This document shows positions 1-9,120 of a stretch of 64,000 nucleotides of DNA, piece by piece. Numbering within the stretch: the stretch's first letter is position 1; the number at the start of each line of letters is the position of its first letter. The DNA lies in contig JAXMBI010000010.1 in the NCBI GenBank assembly GCA_046349955.1, positions 102,319 to 166,318 of the forward strand, read 5' to 3'. A program made the position numbers and the translations under genes. Origin of the DNA: Pirellulales bacterium. GTDB taxonomy: Bacteria > Planctomycetota > Planctomycetia > Pirellulales > JBGAPH01. A model generated the notes under the pieces. It saw nothing but the letters and a program-made list of their open reading frames with translations. It was not told the DNA's origin and did no database searches.

Positions 1-232
1 TCGAGAACCGGTTGCACTGGCAGCTCGACGTCACGTTCGGCGAAGATCAATCGCGGCTCCGCAAAGGCCACGTCGACGCCAACGCCAGCATCCTCCGCCG
101 CGCGGCCCTCAGCCTGCTCAAGAACAACCACACCAAACAGCTGGGCCTCAAGAACAAACGCCTCTGCGCGGCTGGAGCGAAGACTATCTGCAAGAACTCC
201 TCTTCGGAGCCTAAGATGGTGCAATCGCCCTG
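1..232 (+). mobile_element. ISAs1-family IS, copy A: 3' terminal fragment (rest lies left of the window)
   Basis: nt 1-232 align with nt 4519-4752 of the intact copy in this window. Same transposase C-terminus (HWQLDVTFGEDQSRLRKGH) and same terminus GCAATCGCCCTG. One indel (ctctgcgcggctgg vs ctctgcgctggctgg) breaks the frame. Confidence 0.85.
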
Positions 233-1098
233 GGCAGATCGTCAGGCACGGCGCACACCGCGTATTGACGCTGCTCCACGCCCATGCCCTTCTCCTGCGT
301 CGCGTGTCGGCTGACCTTCACGCGGGCGAACTCGTCTTCCAAGTGCTGGTCGAAGAAGCTCACGATGCCGTCGTGCAACGTGGGTTGGTTGCCTTTGACC
401 GCCAGCACGTAGTCGGCCCCGGCGGCGATGATCTCTTGGGCGATCTCGGTCTGACAACCCATGGCGTCGATCGTCACGAGCGCCCCGGAAAGCTCCAGGA
501 TTTGCAGCAGTTTGGGGATCGCCGTGATCTCGTTGCTCTTCGCGTCGACGACCACCTGCCCCAGGCTGATGTGGTTGGCCGTGGCCCAGGCGCTGACCAT
601 GTGGATGGCCGCCTTCGAGCTGGCGGCGTCGAAGCTGCGGCGGAGCGTCTTGCCGTCGATGGCCACGAGCTGGCCACCGCTGAGTTCATGCAGCGCGGTG
701 ATCCAACTCAACAGACAACGTTCGAACTCGGCCGGCTTCAAAGCGGCGAAGATGGCGTTGAAGCGATCGTGCGAGGGAATGCCGGCCGAGAGGTCGAGGA
801 ACTTGGCCAGCCAGTTCGCGCTTCTGCCGGCCCCACTCGGCGATCGACACGAAGTCGTCGGCGCGCAAAGCATGCCGCACAGTGCGATCGTGACCACGTT
901 GATCAAGGGATAGGTCGCCTTGCGCGCCGCGGATCCGTGAGCCGCGGCGAAGTGAGTGGCGATTCGGGCCTGGGTCGTCTGCCAACGCAAGCGTCTCCGG
1001 CGAGGACAGGCGACCGCGGCAGCGAGCACGCTCGCCACAAACACACGACCACCAGCCCCTAGTTATGCCAGACTACCCAAGATGGCGCAATCGCCCTG
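233..1098 (-). mobile_element. ISAs1-family IS, copy B: first ~866 bp only, cut by insertion of copy A; transposase decayed
   Basis: The reverse complement of 233-1098 matches 3494-4362 of the intact copy and ends with the same terminus (CAGGGCGATTGC at 1098). The ORF 211..1044 shows frame-shifted patches relative to the intact protein (e.g. AAHGSAARKATYPL vs ALTDPRRGKATYPL). Confidence 0.85.
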
Positions 1099-1600
1099 AG
1101 GGCTTGGCCAAGTCCCGCCGGGCCAGGTCCAGACGGATGCAGCGGGACAAAAGAGGGGAAGTGTCCTCATGGTCCTCGAATAGCAGGTCCTGCCCTTCGC
1201 AGGTCGTGGTGAAGACCCAGACGACGTGGGCAGGCAACCGTTCGAGCATGACCAGCAGTTGCCGGATGGCCGGCTTGCTGAGGCCGTGGGCTTCGTTGAC
1301 CAAGTAGGCCCGGCCGCCTTTGCCGAAGCCCCTGGTGGCCATGCTTCGCTCGATGTCCCGCAGGCGAGCGGCCGAAAGGTCCGTGGCGTCGACTTCCTCA
1401 ATGGAGAACTCGTCGGCGACTTCGCTGGCAATCAGCCGAGCAATGGTGGTTTTGCCGCTGCCCGATTGACCGGAAAGCCAGTAGGACCGTCCCGCCAAGC
1501 CACGTTGTCGCAGCAAAGCCAGCTTGTCGAGGACTTTGTCTTGCCCAACCACGTCGGCCCAAGTCTGGGGGCGGTATTCTTCGTGAAGTTGCATGGTCAC
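1099..1600 (-). pseudogene. clamp-loader-like (RFC/DnaX-type) AAA+ ATPase, C-terminally truncated by IS copy B
   Basis: Walker A GQSGSGKTT, NEAH box (YLVNEAHGL) and clamp-loader SRC motif (LLSRCIRLDL). The reading frame runs straight into the IS terminus at 1098 after ~167 codons. Confidence 0.6.
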
Positions 1601-2475
1601 ACGCTCCCTTCTGCCCGCAGGGCTTCAGCGGTGTCGAGAATGAGGGCCACGGCATCGCAGCTCCGCTTCAGGACCCGTTGACAGGCTGATAAGGCCTCGA
1701 TTCCGGCCTCTTGGGCATAGGCTGCCACGTACTCCCAACAACCACCACGATCAGCCTGTTCGGGCTTGCCCAGCACTTCGAGGAGGATGGCGCCGCCCAA
1801 CTCGGCAACGGTCTCAGAACGCCAATGCTGGCCACGTTCGACCAGTTGCCCCAGACGGTCATCGGCAGCGTGCAACAACTCATGGGCCCAGGTCGAAAGG
1901 TTCTCAACTCCCAGGGCGATGGATTGCCCAAGCTGGTAGCGTCCCTGCGCAGCCCCAGGACGGCCGCCAAACGCTTCCACGCTCAAGCCCCAGCTACGGG
2001 CCACTTCGAGCAGGGGCAGGGACTCAAGCCAAGCAGCAATGGCCGGATCAGCCGGGGGCAACGGCGCTCCATCGGTCTGCCCGAGGCCGAAGACGACGGC
2101 ATGCTTGAAGCCACAAAGGTAGCTCCGCTCTTCTTTCTCACCCGTTTCGGCGTTGTTACGGTCGCTCTTCTTCACCAACGGGACCAAGATGGGAAAGCCC
2201 TTCTGGCCCTTCATCACGTGTCGGCCCACGGCTTCCCACTGTCGGTAGCCACGGGCATCGGAATGCCCAAGCAGGGCCACCAGGAGCTGATTGGACCAAC
2301 TCCAGGAGCGGCAGGGCACGTTGTCCCTTCGCCGGATGAAGACGGGCGCCAGGGCCTTGGGCAGGTTCCCAGCTTGGAACGCTGCCAGGATGGCTTGGGC
2401 AGCTTGCTCCGCTTGGCCGCAGTAGCGGACTCGGGATGGATTGGCGCACGGAGGCGCAGCAGATAGGGTGGACAT
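1597..2475 (-). CDS. ArdC-like protein (N-terminal ssDNA-binding DUF1738-type region + zincin HExxH domain)
   Basis: N-terminal pattern SNQLLVALLG..ARGYRQWEAVGRHVMKGQKGFPILVP and HExxH (WAHELLHAADD). Start chosen at MSTLSAAPP (2475). The stop overlaps the ATPase start by 4 nt. Confidence 0.55.
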   Translation of the reverse strand: MSTLSAAPPCANPSRVRYCGQAEQAAQAILAAFQAGNLPKALAPVFIRRRDNVPCRSWSWSNQLLVALLGHSDARGYRQWEAVGRHVMKGQKGFPILVPLVKKSDRNNAETGEKEERSYLCGFKHAVVFGLGQTDGAPLPPADPAIAAWLESLPLLEVARSWGLSVEAFGGRPGAAQGRYQLGQSIALGVENLSTWAHELLHAADDRLGQLVERGQHWRSETVAELGGAILLEVLGKPEQADRGGCWEYVAAYAQEAGIEALSACQRVLKRSCDAVALILDTAEALRAEGSV

Positions 2476-2978
2476 GTTCGGACCTTCTAGAGAGGTTCGG
2501 GCCACGCCCCCGGTGGCTGCAACCACGCGGGGGCATTTTCATGCGCGGACTACAGTAGCCCGGCTGCGAGAGAGTATATTCGTCCTATCGTCCGCGTCAA
2601 CAGAATTGTGTACTTCTGTTTTACACTCGCTTGATGCGCCCCATCGCACCAATGCACAGAGGGTTGCAATCGAACGACGTGTAAACAGCGGGCAAACAGC
2701 GCGCGAACAGCACTCAAATGGCCAGACTCACGTAGGGCGCCAACCCGATGAGCAGACCGTCGAGGCCAACCTGCCGAGCGCCAAGGGCGGGTCACCAGAT
2801 GGCCGCGGGGTGCCCCGGTGGGCCCCCATGGCGGCCTGTCATATTGATGACATATGCCTCGGGAACTTTTCACCAACACGCCGAGTACCCGTAAATTTAC
2901 AGGTGGCCCCATTCCCTTCCGTAACAACGAGGGCCCCGTCGCTGGCTGAAGTTGGCCTCGCGTGGTCACTAACGAAGC

Positions 2979-3395
2979 TCATGGTCGTCCCCAATTCATC
3001 CAGGTGATGCTCATTTGCAGCACCGTCGCAATCGACACCCAGACAAAGTACGGCACTTGAGCCACGGCAACCCAGCGGTAGTGCCGCCAGATGGCAATCA
3101 TGCACCACAGAATCGTCGTCCAGACGATAACGATGTCTACCGCCGCCAGCGGTAAGTTCCGCATCCCGAACTGGATCGGCGTGAAGATCAGGTTCGCCAC
3201 GAGATTGATGGCGAATGGCCACGCCACCAGCCAACAAACCTTGCCGCGAACCATCTGCACGAACACGAAGCCGAAGCTAATCAGAATGATCGGGTAGAGA
3301 ACCTGCCAGGTCAGACCGATAGTCGCTGGGGCCGGCGTCCAGGTGGGCTTCGCCAGGGCGGTGTACCATTCGAGCCAAGGCACCGGAGAGTCCAT
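2979..3395 (-). CDS. tspO: TspO/MBR (tryptophan-rich sensory protein) family, apparently lacking the first TM helix
   Basis: WYTALAKPTWTPAPATIGLTWQVLYPIIL, Trp-rich helices, FGMRN motif. It is only 138 aa, and the WY..L.KP.W.P motif sits at residue ~10 rather than ~30. Confidence 0.7.
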   Translation of the reverse strand: MDSPVPWLEWYTALAKPTWTPAPATIGLTWQVLYPIILISFGFVFVQMVRGKVCWLVAWPFAINLVANLIFTPIQFGMRNLPLAAVDIVIVWTTILWCMIAIWRHYRWVAVAQVPYFVWVSIATVLQMSITWMNWGRP

Positions 3396-3493
3396 CGAAG
3401 TGCTGTGCGGGTCCGCTCAACAAACTGCCAGACGGCGAGTGGCCGCGACGAAGAACGTACTCTATCCTGCAACTGAGAACCTGGGTATCTCGG

Positions 3494-4752
3494 CAGGGCG
3501 ATTGCGCCATCTTGGGTAGTCTGGCATAACTAGGGGCTGGTGGTCGTGTGTTTGTGGCGAGCGTGCTCGCTGCCGCGGTCGCCTGTCCTCGCCGGAGGCG
3601 CGCGATGCGCAAGACGACCCAGGCCCGAATCGCCACTCACTTCGCCGCGCTCACGGATCCGCGGCGCGGCAAGGCGACCTATCCCTTGATCAACGTGGTC
3701 ACGATCGCACTGTGCGGCATGCTTTGCGGCGCCGACGACTTCGTGTCGATCGCCGAGTGGGGCCGGCAGAAGCGCGACTGGCTGGCCAAGTTCCTCGACC
3801 TCTCGGCCGGCATTCCCTCGCACGATCGCTTCAACGCCATCTTCGCCGCTTTGAAGCCGGCCGAGTTCGAACGTTGTCTGTTGAGTTGGATCACCGCGCT
3901 GCATGAACTCAGCGGTGGCCAGCTCGTGGCCATCGACGGCAAGACGCTCCGCCGCAGCTTCGACGCCGCCAGCTCGAAGGCGGCCATCCACATGGTCAGC
4001 GCCTGGGCCACGGCCAACCACATCAGCCTGGGGCAGGTGGTCGTCGACGCGAAGAGCAACGAGATCACGGCGATCCCCAAACTGCTGCAAATCCTGGAGC
4101 TTTCCGGGGCGCTCGTGACGATCGACGCCATGGGTTGTCAGACCGAGATCGCCCAAGAGATCATCGCCGCCGGGGCCGACTACGTGCTGGCGGTCAAAGG
4201 CAACCAACCCACGTTGCACGACGGCATCGTGAGCTTCTTCGACCAGCACTTGGAAGACGAGTTCGCCCGCGTGAAGGTCAGCCGACACGCGACGCAGGAG
4301 AAGGGGCATGGGCGCGTGGAGCAGCGTCAATACGCGGTGTGCGCCGTGCCTGACGATCTGCCGGATGCGCGGCGTTGGCAGAACTTGAAGGCGATCGGCC
4401 TGGTGACCTGTGAAGTGGAGCGCGAAGGAAAGCATCATGTCGAGGCGCGGTATTACATTCTCAGCCGCAAGCTGACGGCGCGGAGCTTTGCGGCGGCCGT
4501 TCGCGGCCATTGGAGCATCGAGAACCGGTTGCACTGGCAGCTCGACGTCACGTTCGGCGAAGATCAATCGCGGCTCCGCAAAGGCCACGTCGACGCCAAC
4601 GCCAGCATCCTCCGCCGCGCGGCCCTCAGCCTGCTCAAGAACAACCACACCAAACAGCTGGGCCTCAAGAACAAACGCCTCTGCGCTGGCTGGAGCGAAG
4701 ACTATCTGCAAGAACTCCTCTTCGGAGCCTAAGTTATGGTGCAATCGCCCTG
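3494..4752 (+). mobile_element. ISAs1-family insertion sequence, intact copy (1259 bp)
   Basis: Imperfect terminal IRs CAGGGCGATTGC(G/A)CCAT at 3494 and 4752 (reverse complement). Flanked by a 10-bp direct repeat GGTATCTCGG (3484-3493 and 4753-4762). Confidence 0.85.
3548..4732 (+). CDS. ISAs1-family (H-repeat-associated type) DDE transposase
   Basis: 394 aa with family signatures VAIDGKTLRRS, TIDAMGCQTEIA and GHWSIENRLHWQLDVTFGEDQSRLRKGH. Confidence 0.85.
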   Translation: MFVASVLAAAVACPRRRRAMRKTTQARIATHFAALTDPRRGKATYPLINVVTIALCGMLCGADDFVSIAEWGRQKRDWLAKFLDLSAGIPSHDRFNAIFAALKPAEFERCLLSWITALHELSGGQLVAIDGKTLRRSFDAASSKAAIHMVSAWATANHISLGQVVVDAKSNEITAIPKLLQILELSGALVTIDAMGCQTEIAQEIIAAGADYVLAVKGNQPTLHDGIVSFFDQHLEDEFARVKVSRHATQEKGHGRVEQRQYAVCAVPDDLPDARRWQNLKAIGLVTCEVEREGKHHVEARYYILSRKLTARSFAAAVRGHWSIENRLHWQLDVTFGEDQSRLRKGHVDANASILRRAALSLLKNNHTKQLGLKNKRLCAGWSEDYLQELLFGA

Positions 4753-4852
4753 GGTATCTCGGCAGTTGCTCCTCGCTTGTACCCCAGACATAATCATGAG
4801 TCCGCTGGCCGAGTCGCCGGCACAGTGAATGCCACATTGGAGTAAGTAGCAG

Positions 4853-5173
4853 ATGGCCCGCAAGAAACAATCCAAATCCGACGCTATCCGTGCCGCCCTT
4901 GCCGAACTGGGGGCGGAGGCCCGGAACCGGGACGTCATTGAGAAACTGGCCGGGGAGAAGGTCAAGGTCTCGGCCCAGATGGTCAGCACCGTCAGGGCTC
5001 GGATGAACGCTCCCAGCACAAACGGTCACCGCAAGCCAGGGCGACCTGGTCGTAAGCCTGCCCTCGGAACTGTCTCGTTCGCTGGTCTTCTGGCGGCCAA
5101 GGAGTTGGTGGCTGCCACCGGGTCTGTCGCTGAGGCTAAGTCGACGCTCGAAGTGCTGGGCAAGCTCCAGTAA
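4853..5173 (+). CDS. small basic hypothetical protein (AT-hook-like KPGRPGRKP)
   Basis: 106-aa ORF with protein-like composition. Function unknown. Confidence 0.45.
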   Translation: MARKKQSKSDAIRAALAELGAEARNRDVIEKLAGEKVKVSAQMVSTVRARMNAPSTNGHRKPGRPGRKPALGTVSFAGLLAAKELVAATGSVAEAKSTLEVLGKLQ

Positions 5174-5292
5174 GACACTCTCTTGCACGCATTGCGACCA
5201 TCAGGCCAGGGCGGCCGACGAGAAAGGTCGCTATTGTGCGTTCGAGGCCCACTCGACACCATAGCGGCTGAATCAACGCCAGTACGCCATGG

Positions 5293-6504
5293 ATGGCCCA
5301 GATGCTTGCATCCAGACTCTCCGCAACTGCTGTACTATTGCTCTCTACGACGGCCGCAGTTGCTGATCCACACTCTCGCTTCATGCTCTTGCCGCTTAGG
5401 GCAAATGCCGTAGAGGCTTCGTATGCCGCTGCGATTGATGGCAGCGGTAAGAAGGTCGTCGGCTACACGGATGTGCAACCTGCCTCCTGGATCGTTGACG
5501 GAAGCCATTCCCAGTCGCCGCATATCTTGCAAGACGACTACCCGCTATGGGGCGCTGCCAATGGAATCTCTCGGGATGGCGAGGTAATCGTGGGCTGGAA
5601 CGCCCCGAACGCCTTCCGGTGGACAGAATCGGGCGGGATGGAGAATCTAGGGCCCGGTGAAGCTTTCGCGGTCTCGAACGACGGAATGACCGTTGTCGGC
5701 GATTACTTCGATGAGCATCACCTTCGGAGTCGCGCGATGCGCTGGACACCAGCCGGAAAAACGGACTTGGGTGAAGGGGCTGCCCGAGCCGTGTCCGCCG
5801 ACGGGCAAGTGACTGTCGGCTGGGACGGCCATAATCATGCAACGTTGTGGGAAGATGGCCTGACAAAGGTACTTTGGTCCCCAGGAATTGCCCAAGATAT
5901 TTCGGCCGACGGTTCCATCGTGGTCGGGGGCAACATGCTTTGGACGCGGGCCGGAGGGGCGAAGCCTCTCGGCCCTGAGCTACTCACACTGAGTGCGGTG
6001 ACGGATGACGGTTCGTTGATTGTCGGAAGCCAAATTGGCGGCGCAATTGAGTGGCGCCCTTCGCGCGGAGTGCAGGACCTTGCCACCGTACTGGTTCGAG
6101 ATTATGGACTCGGCAACCAACTCGGTGAACTCGACCTGGAGTATGCAACAGACGTGTCACCCACTGGCAACGCCATCGTGGGGTATTCTGGAAACTCAAT
6201 CCCGTGGGTCGTCCAGCTTGTAGACCCTTTGCTGGGGGATGCCAACTTCGACGACCGCGTCGACCTCAATGATTTTGGCATCCTGAAAGCTCACATTGGC
6301 AGTGGGCACTGGCGCGATGAAGGCGACTTCAACCGTGACTTGCGAGTCGACCTAACCGACGTCGGGGTTCTAAAGGACAACTTCGGAAGGGTCGCCGGCG
6401 TTACGACGGTAGTTGAACCGGTCCCGGAACCAGCGGGCCTACTCCTTGCAACGTTGGCAGCTGCCCTCCTTGGCTTGGCAAGACTCAGATTGGTCCGGCG
6501 ATAG
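5293..6504 (+). CDS. secreted HAF-type repeat protein with two dockerin/EF-hand-like loops and a PEP-CTERM anchor
   Basis: Signal peptide. Seven repeats of the form A.(G/D)(I/V)S.DG..(I/V)VG. Tail GDANFDDRVDLNDFGILKAHIG...GDFNRDLRVDLTDVGVLKDNFG...VPEPAGLLLATLAAALLGLARLRLVRR. Confidence 0.7.
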   Translation: MAQMLASRLSATAVLLLSTTAAVADPHSRFMLLPLRANAVEASYAAAIDGSGKKVVGYTDVQPASWIVDGSHSQSPHILQDDYPLWGAANGISRDGEVIVGWNAPNAFRWTESGGMENLGPGEAFAVSNDGMTVVGDYFDEHHLRSRAMRWTPAGKTDLGEGAARAVSADGQVTVGWDGHNHATLWEDGLTKVLWSPGIAQDISADGSIVVGGNMLWTRAGGAKPLGPELLTLSAVTDDGSLIVGSQIGGAIEWRPSRGVQDLATVLVRDYGLGNQLGELDLEYATDVSPTGNAIVGYSGNSIPWVVQLVDPLLGDANFDDRVDLNDFGILKAHIGSGHWRDEGDFNRDLRVDLTDVGVLKDNFGRVAGVTTVVEPVPEPAGLLLATLAAALLGLARLRLVRR

Positions 6505-6859
6505 GACCGTATTACGGGTATCGACCGCGGTATTCTTGCGGTTGCCGCGACCTTAGCTCATCGGCCCCGCGCGATGGTTCCCTGGTCTGCCTCTTCCCAG
6601 GTCAGTGCAGTCTGGTCGGTCTCCAGGCCCATGGTTCGCCTCAGCCAAGGTCACTTAGAGTAGTGCACCCATACAGCCGAGAGCGTCGGCGTTAGCCGTG
6701 ATGACTGCGTACCCTTCGATTGCCGCACCTGGATTTCGGATCCAGATTTCGAAATAACACCGCCAGAAAGTCGAAGCGCCGATTCGACCTCAGGTCTGAA
6801 TGACTCCTAATGAAGATGCGACGGATTATCGGCCTTTGTCTTGCCCTCCCACACGGGAC

Positions 6860-7078
6860 TCATGTTTCGCCCGCCGCTGAGTTGCGTGACCTGGAAACCA
6901 GAGCGCTACCACTCGGCCATCGTCCCGACCTTTGTCGCCAACCACAGGCCATGAGCAGCCCAACCACGCCAAGAATCAGCGAGCTGGGCTCGGGGACAGA
7001 CGATTTGCCAGTATGTCCGAAGTTGGTTTTCAGAATTCCGAAGTCATTCAGATTGACCACGGCATCTCCGTTAAAATC
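6860..7078 (-). pseudogene. severed 3' piece of the NHL-propeller gene: second dockerin-like loop + PEP-CTERM
   Basis: Encodes (DF)NGDAVVNLNDFGILKTNFGHTGKSSVPEPSSLILGVVGLLMACGWRQR. It abuts the IS terminus at 7079. Confidence 0.75.
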
Positions 7079-8093
7079 GGCTCTGTAGAAAACCCAGCCT
7101 GTAGCGGGCCAGGATCAGGAGGTTGTGAACGAGGACCTTGAGTCGGGCGGCGCGGTGTTGGGCCCACGGTTTGCGAGCGTGCAGCGTGTCACGGAGGCGG
7201 CGCTTCAACATGCTGAAGACGGTTTCGACTTGCGAGCGAGCATGGTAGCGGGTTTGTTGCAGATGGCTGGCCATCCAGCGACGGCGCTTCCCACGCGGCG
7301 GTCCGCGGCCGCGTCCGCGGCTCTTGGCGGGATCAAGCTGCGAATATCCAGCAGGTCGCGGCAGGCCGTGTGAATCCATTCCGCGTCGAAGCCCGCGTCA
7401 CATACCAGCACTCGCGGCCGCGCCTCGTCGTACAGATCGCACGCCAGCGGCAGAAAACGCCGCGTGTCGCTCGCCGGACCACGCTCTACGTGCATCGCGA
7501 CGATCAAGTGACTGCCGCAATCGCAGGCCACCATCAGCTTCGGCCAACGTCGACGCCGCGTTGCTCGTCGCGGCCTGTGTTTCCCAGCGTTTTCGGATCT
7601 CGTCGGCCGCGCGCGGAAGTGATGGCTGGCGGCCTGGGCGAGCAGGCCGGTGCCGTCGATCGCCGCGGTCTCCACGCGCGGCCGCAGCAACCCCAGACGC
7701 CGCCCGCGGGCCAACTCCGCCTGCAACAGACGGCGTGTAGCGTCGGCGCGGAGCAGTCGCTGGGACGCTTTGTGCAACGTCTTGTAATGGGGCCGCGCGA
7801 GACCGATCCACTTCTGCAGATCGGGCTTGGTCGGCATTGCGAGAAAGGCCGTGCGATAATCCTGCCCCAGAAACTCCTTCATGACCAGGCAGGCAAACAA
7901 CTGCGGTTGCGTGAACTTGTGAGGGCTGAAGCGGTTCGAGAAACGCCGCAAAACTCGCCGCGACACCTGCAACGCCTCTTGCAACACACGCTTCAGAGAA
8001 CGGCTCATGGCGGACATCGCTGTGCCCTCCAGCCGTTCTACGATTCACACCCCCGTAGCAGGCCAATGCCAGCACGGTGTTTTCGACAGAGCC
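7079..8093 (-). mobile_element. IS5-family, IS903-group-like IS, copy 1 (decayed transposase)
   Basis: IRs GGCTCTGTAGAAAACCC (7079) and GGCTCTGTCGAAAACAC (reverse complement at 8093). 8-bp TSD TTAAAATC (7071-7078 and 8094-8101). Frameshift: the G-run 7329-7331 is one G shorter than in copy 2. Confidence 0.8.
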
Positions 8094-9120
8094 TTAAAAT
8101 CTGCCTGTGCTTGCTTGCGCCGAAGTGAGTCTTGAGTGCTCCGAAATCTGCTAAGTCCACGGCCCCATCTCGATTGGCATGGCTCTGTAGAAAACCCAGC
8201 CTGTAGCGGGCCAGGATCAGGAGGTTGTGAACGAGGACCTTGAGCGAGGCGGCGCGGTGTTGAGCCCACGGTTTGCGAGCGTGCAGCGTGTCACGGAGGC
8301 GGCGTTTCAACATGCTGAAGACGGTTTCGACTTGCGAGCGAGCATGGTAGCGGGTCTGTTCCAGATGGCTGGCCATCCAACGGCGGCGCTTCCCGCGCGG
8401 CGGGCCGCGGCCGCTTCCGCGGCTCTTGGCGGGGATCAAGCTGCGAATATCCAGCAGGTCGCGGCAGGCAGTGTGAATCCATTCCGCGTCGAAGCCCGCG
8501 TCACACACGAGAACCCGCGGCCGCGCCTCGTCGTACAGATCGCACGCCAGCGGCAGAAAACGCCGCGTGTCGCTCGCCGGACCACGCTCTACCTGCATCG
8601 CGACGATCAAGTGGCTGCCGCAATCGCAGGCCACCATCAGCTTCGGCCAACGTCGACGCCGCGTTGCTCGTCGCGGCCTGTGTTTCCCGGCGTTTTCGGC
8701 CTCCTGCTGCGCGCGGAAGTGATGGCTGGCGGCCTGGGCGAGCAGGCCGGTGCCGTCGATCGCCGCGGTCTCCACGCGCGGCCGCAGCAACCCCAGACGC
8801 CGCCCGCGGGCCAACTCCGCCTGCAACAGACGGTGTGCCCGCTCGGCGCGGAGCAGTCGCTTGGACGCTTTGTGCAACGTCGTGTAATGGGGCGGGTGCG
8901 CGAGACCGATCCACTTCTGCAGATCGGGGCTGTCGGCCAACAGCCGCGCGGCCGTGCGATAATCCTGCCCGAGAAACTCCTTCATGACCAGGCAGGCAAA
9001 CAACTGCGGTTGCGTGAACTTGTGAGGGCTGAAGCGATTCGAGAAACGCCGCAACACGCGCTGCGACACCTGCAACGCCTCTTGCAACACACGCTTCAGG
9101 GAACGGCTCATGGCGGACAT
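8038..9120 (-). CDS. DDE transposase of IS copy 2 (frame leaves the element without a stop; last 47 codons are flanking DNA)
   Basis: MSAMSRSLKR..FTQPQLFACLVMKEFLGQDYR (DUF772-like N-terminus), AIDGTG, VCDAGFD, RSQVETVFSMLKRRL. ..RYRLGFLQS ends at the last IS base, 8181. Confidence 0.75.
   Translation of the reverse strand: MSAMSRSLKRVLQEALQVSQRVLRRFSNRFSPHKFTQPQLFACLVMKEFLGQDYRTAARLLADSPDLQKWIGLAHPPHYTTLHKASKRLLRAERAHRLLQAELARGRRLGLLRPRVETAAIDGTGLLAQAASHHFRAQQEAENAGKHRPRRATRRRRWPKLMVACDCGSHLIVAMQVERGPASDTRRFLPLACDLYDEARPRVLVCDAGFDAEWIHTACRDLLDIRSLIPAKSRGSGRGPPRGKRRRWMASHLEQTRYHARSQVETVFSMLKRRLRDTLHARKPWAQHRAASLKVLVHNLLILARYRLGFLQSHANRDGAVDLADFGALKTHFGASKHRQILRLCRKHRAGIGLLRGCES
8094..8180 (-). 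pseudogene. 87-bp piece of the NHL-propeller gene (first dockerin-like loop) trapped between the two IS copies
   Basis: Encodes (A)NRDGAVDLADFGALKTHFGA.. between TSD TTAAAATC and TSD GATTGGCAT. Confidence 0.75.

Noticed and set aside
2836-2858. Overlapping short palindromes TGTCAT-ATTG-ATGACA / CATAT..ATATG upstream of the ArdC-like operon
   Set aside because: They are only 5-6 bp arms in an AT-richer spacer ~360 bp from the start codon, too weak to call an operator.
3530-5188. 552-aa ORF on the minus strand
   Set aside because: It is antisense to the ISAs1 transposase, which has clear family motifs. Its composition (Arg/Gly/His/Leu-rich) is typical of shadow ORFs in GC-rich DNA.
6850-6945. 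tRNA-like string GGCCGAGTGGTAGCGC on the minus strand
   Set aside because: I could not fold it into a cloverleaf. The D-stem does not pair, there is only a CTGG-TTT-CCAG mini-hairpin instead of an anticodon arm, and there is no GTTCRANYC T-loop. It lies within the reading frame just past the PEP-CTERM tail.
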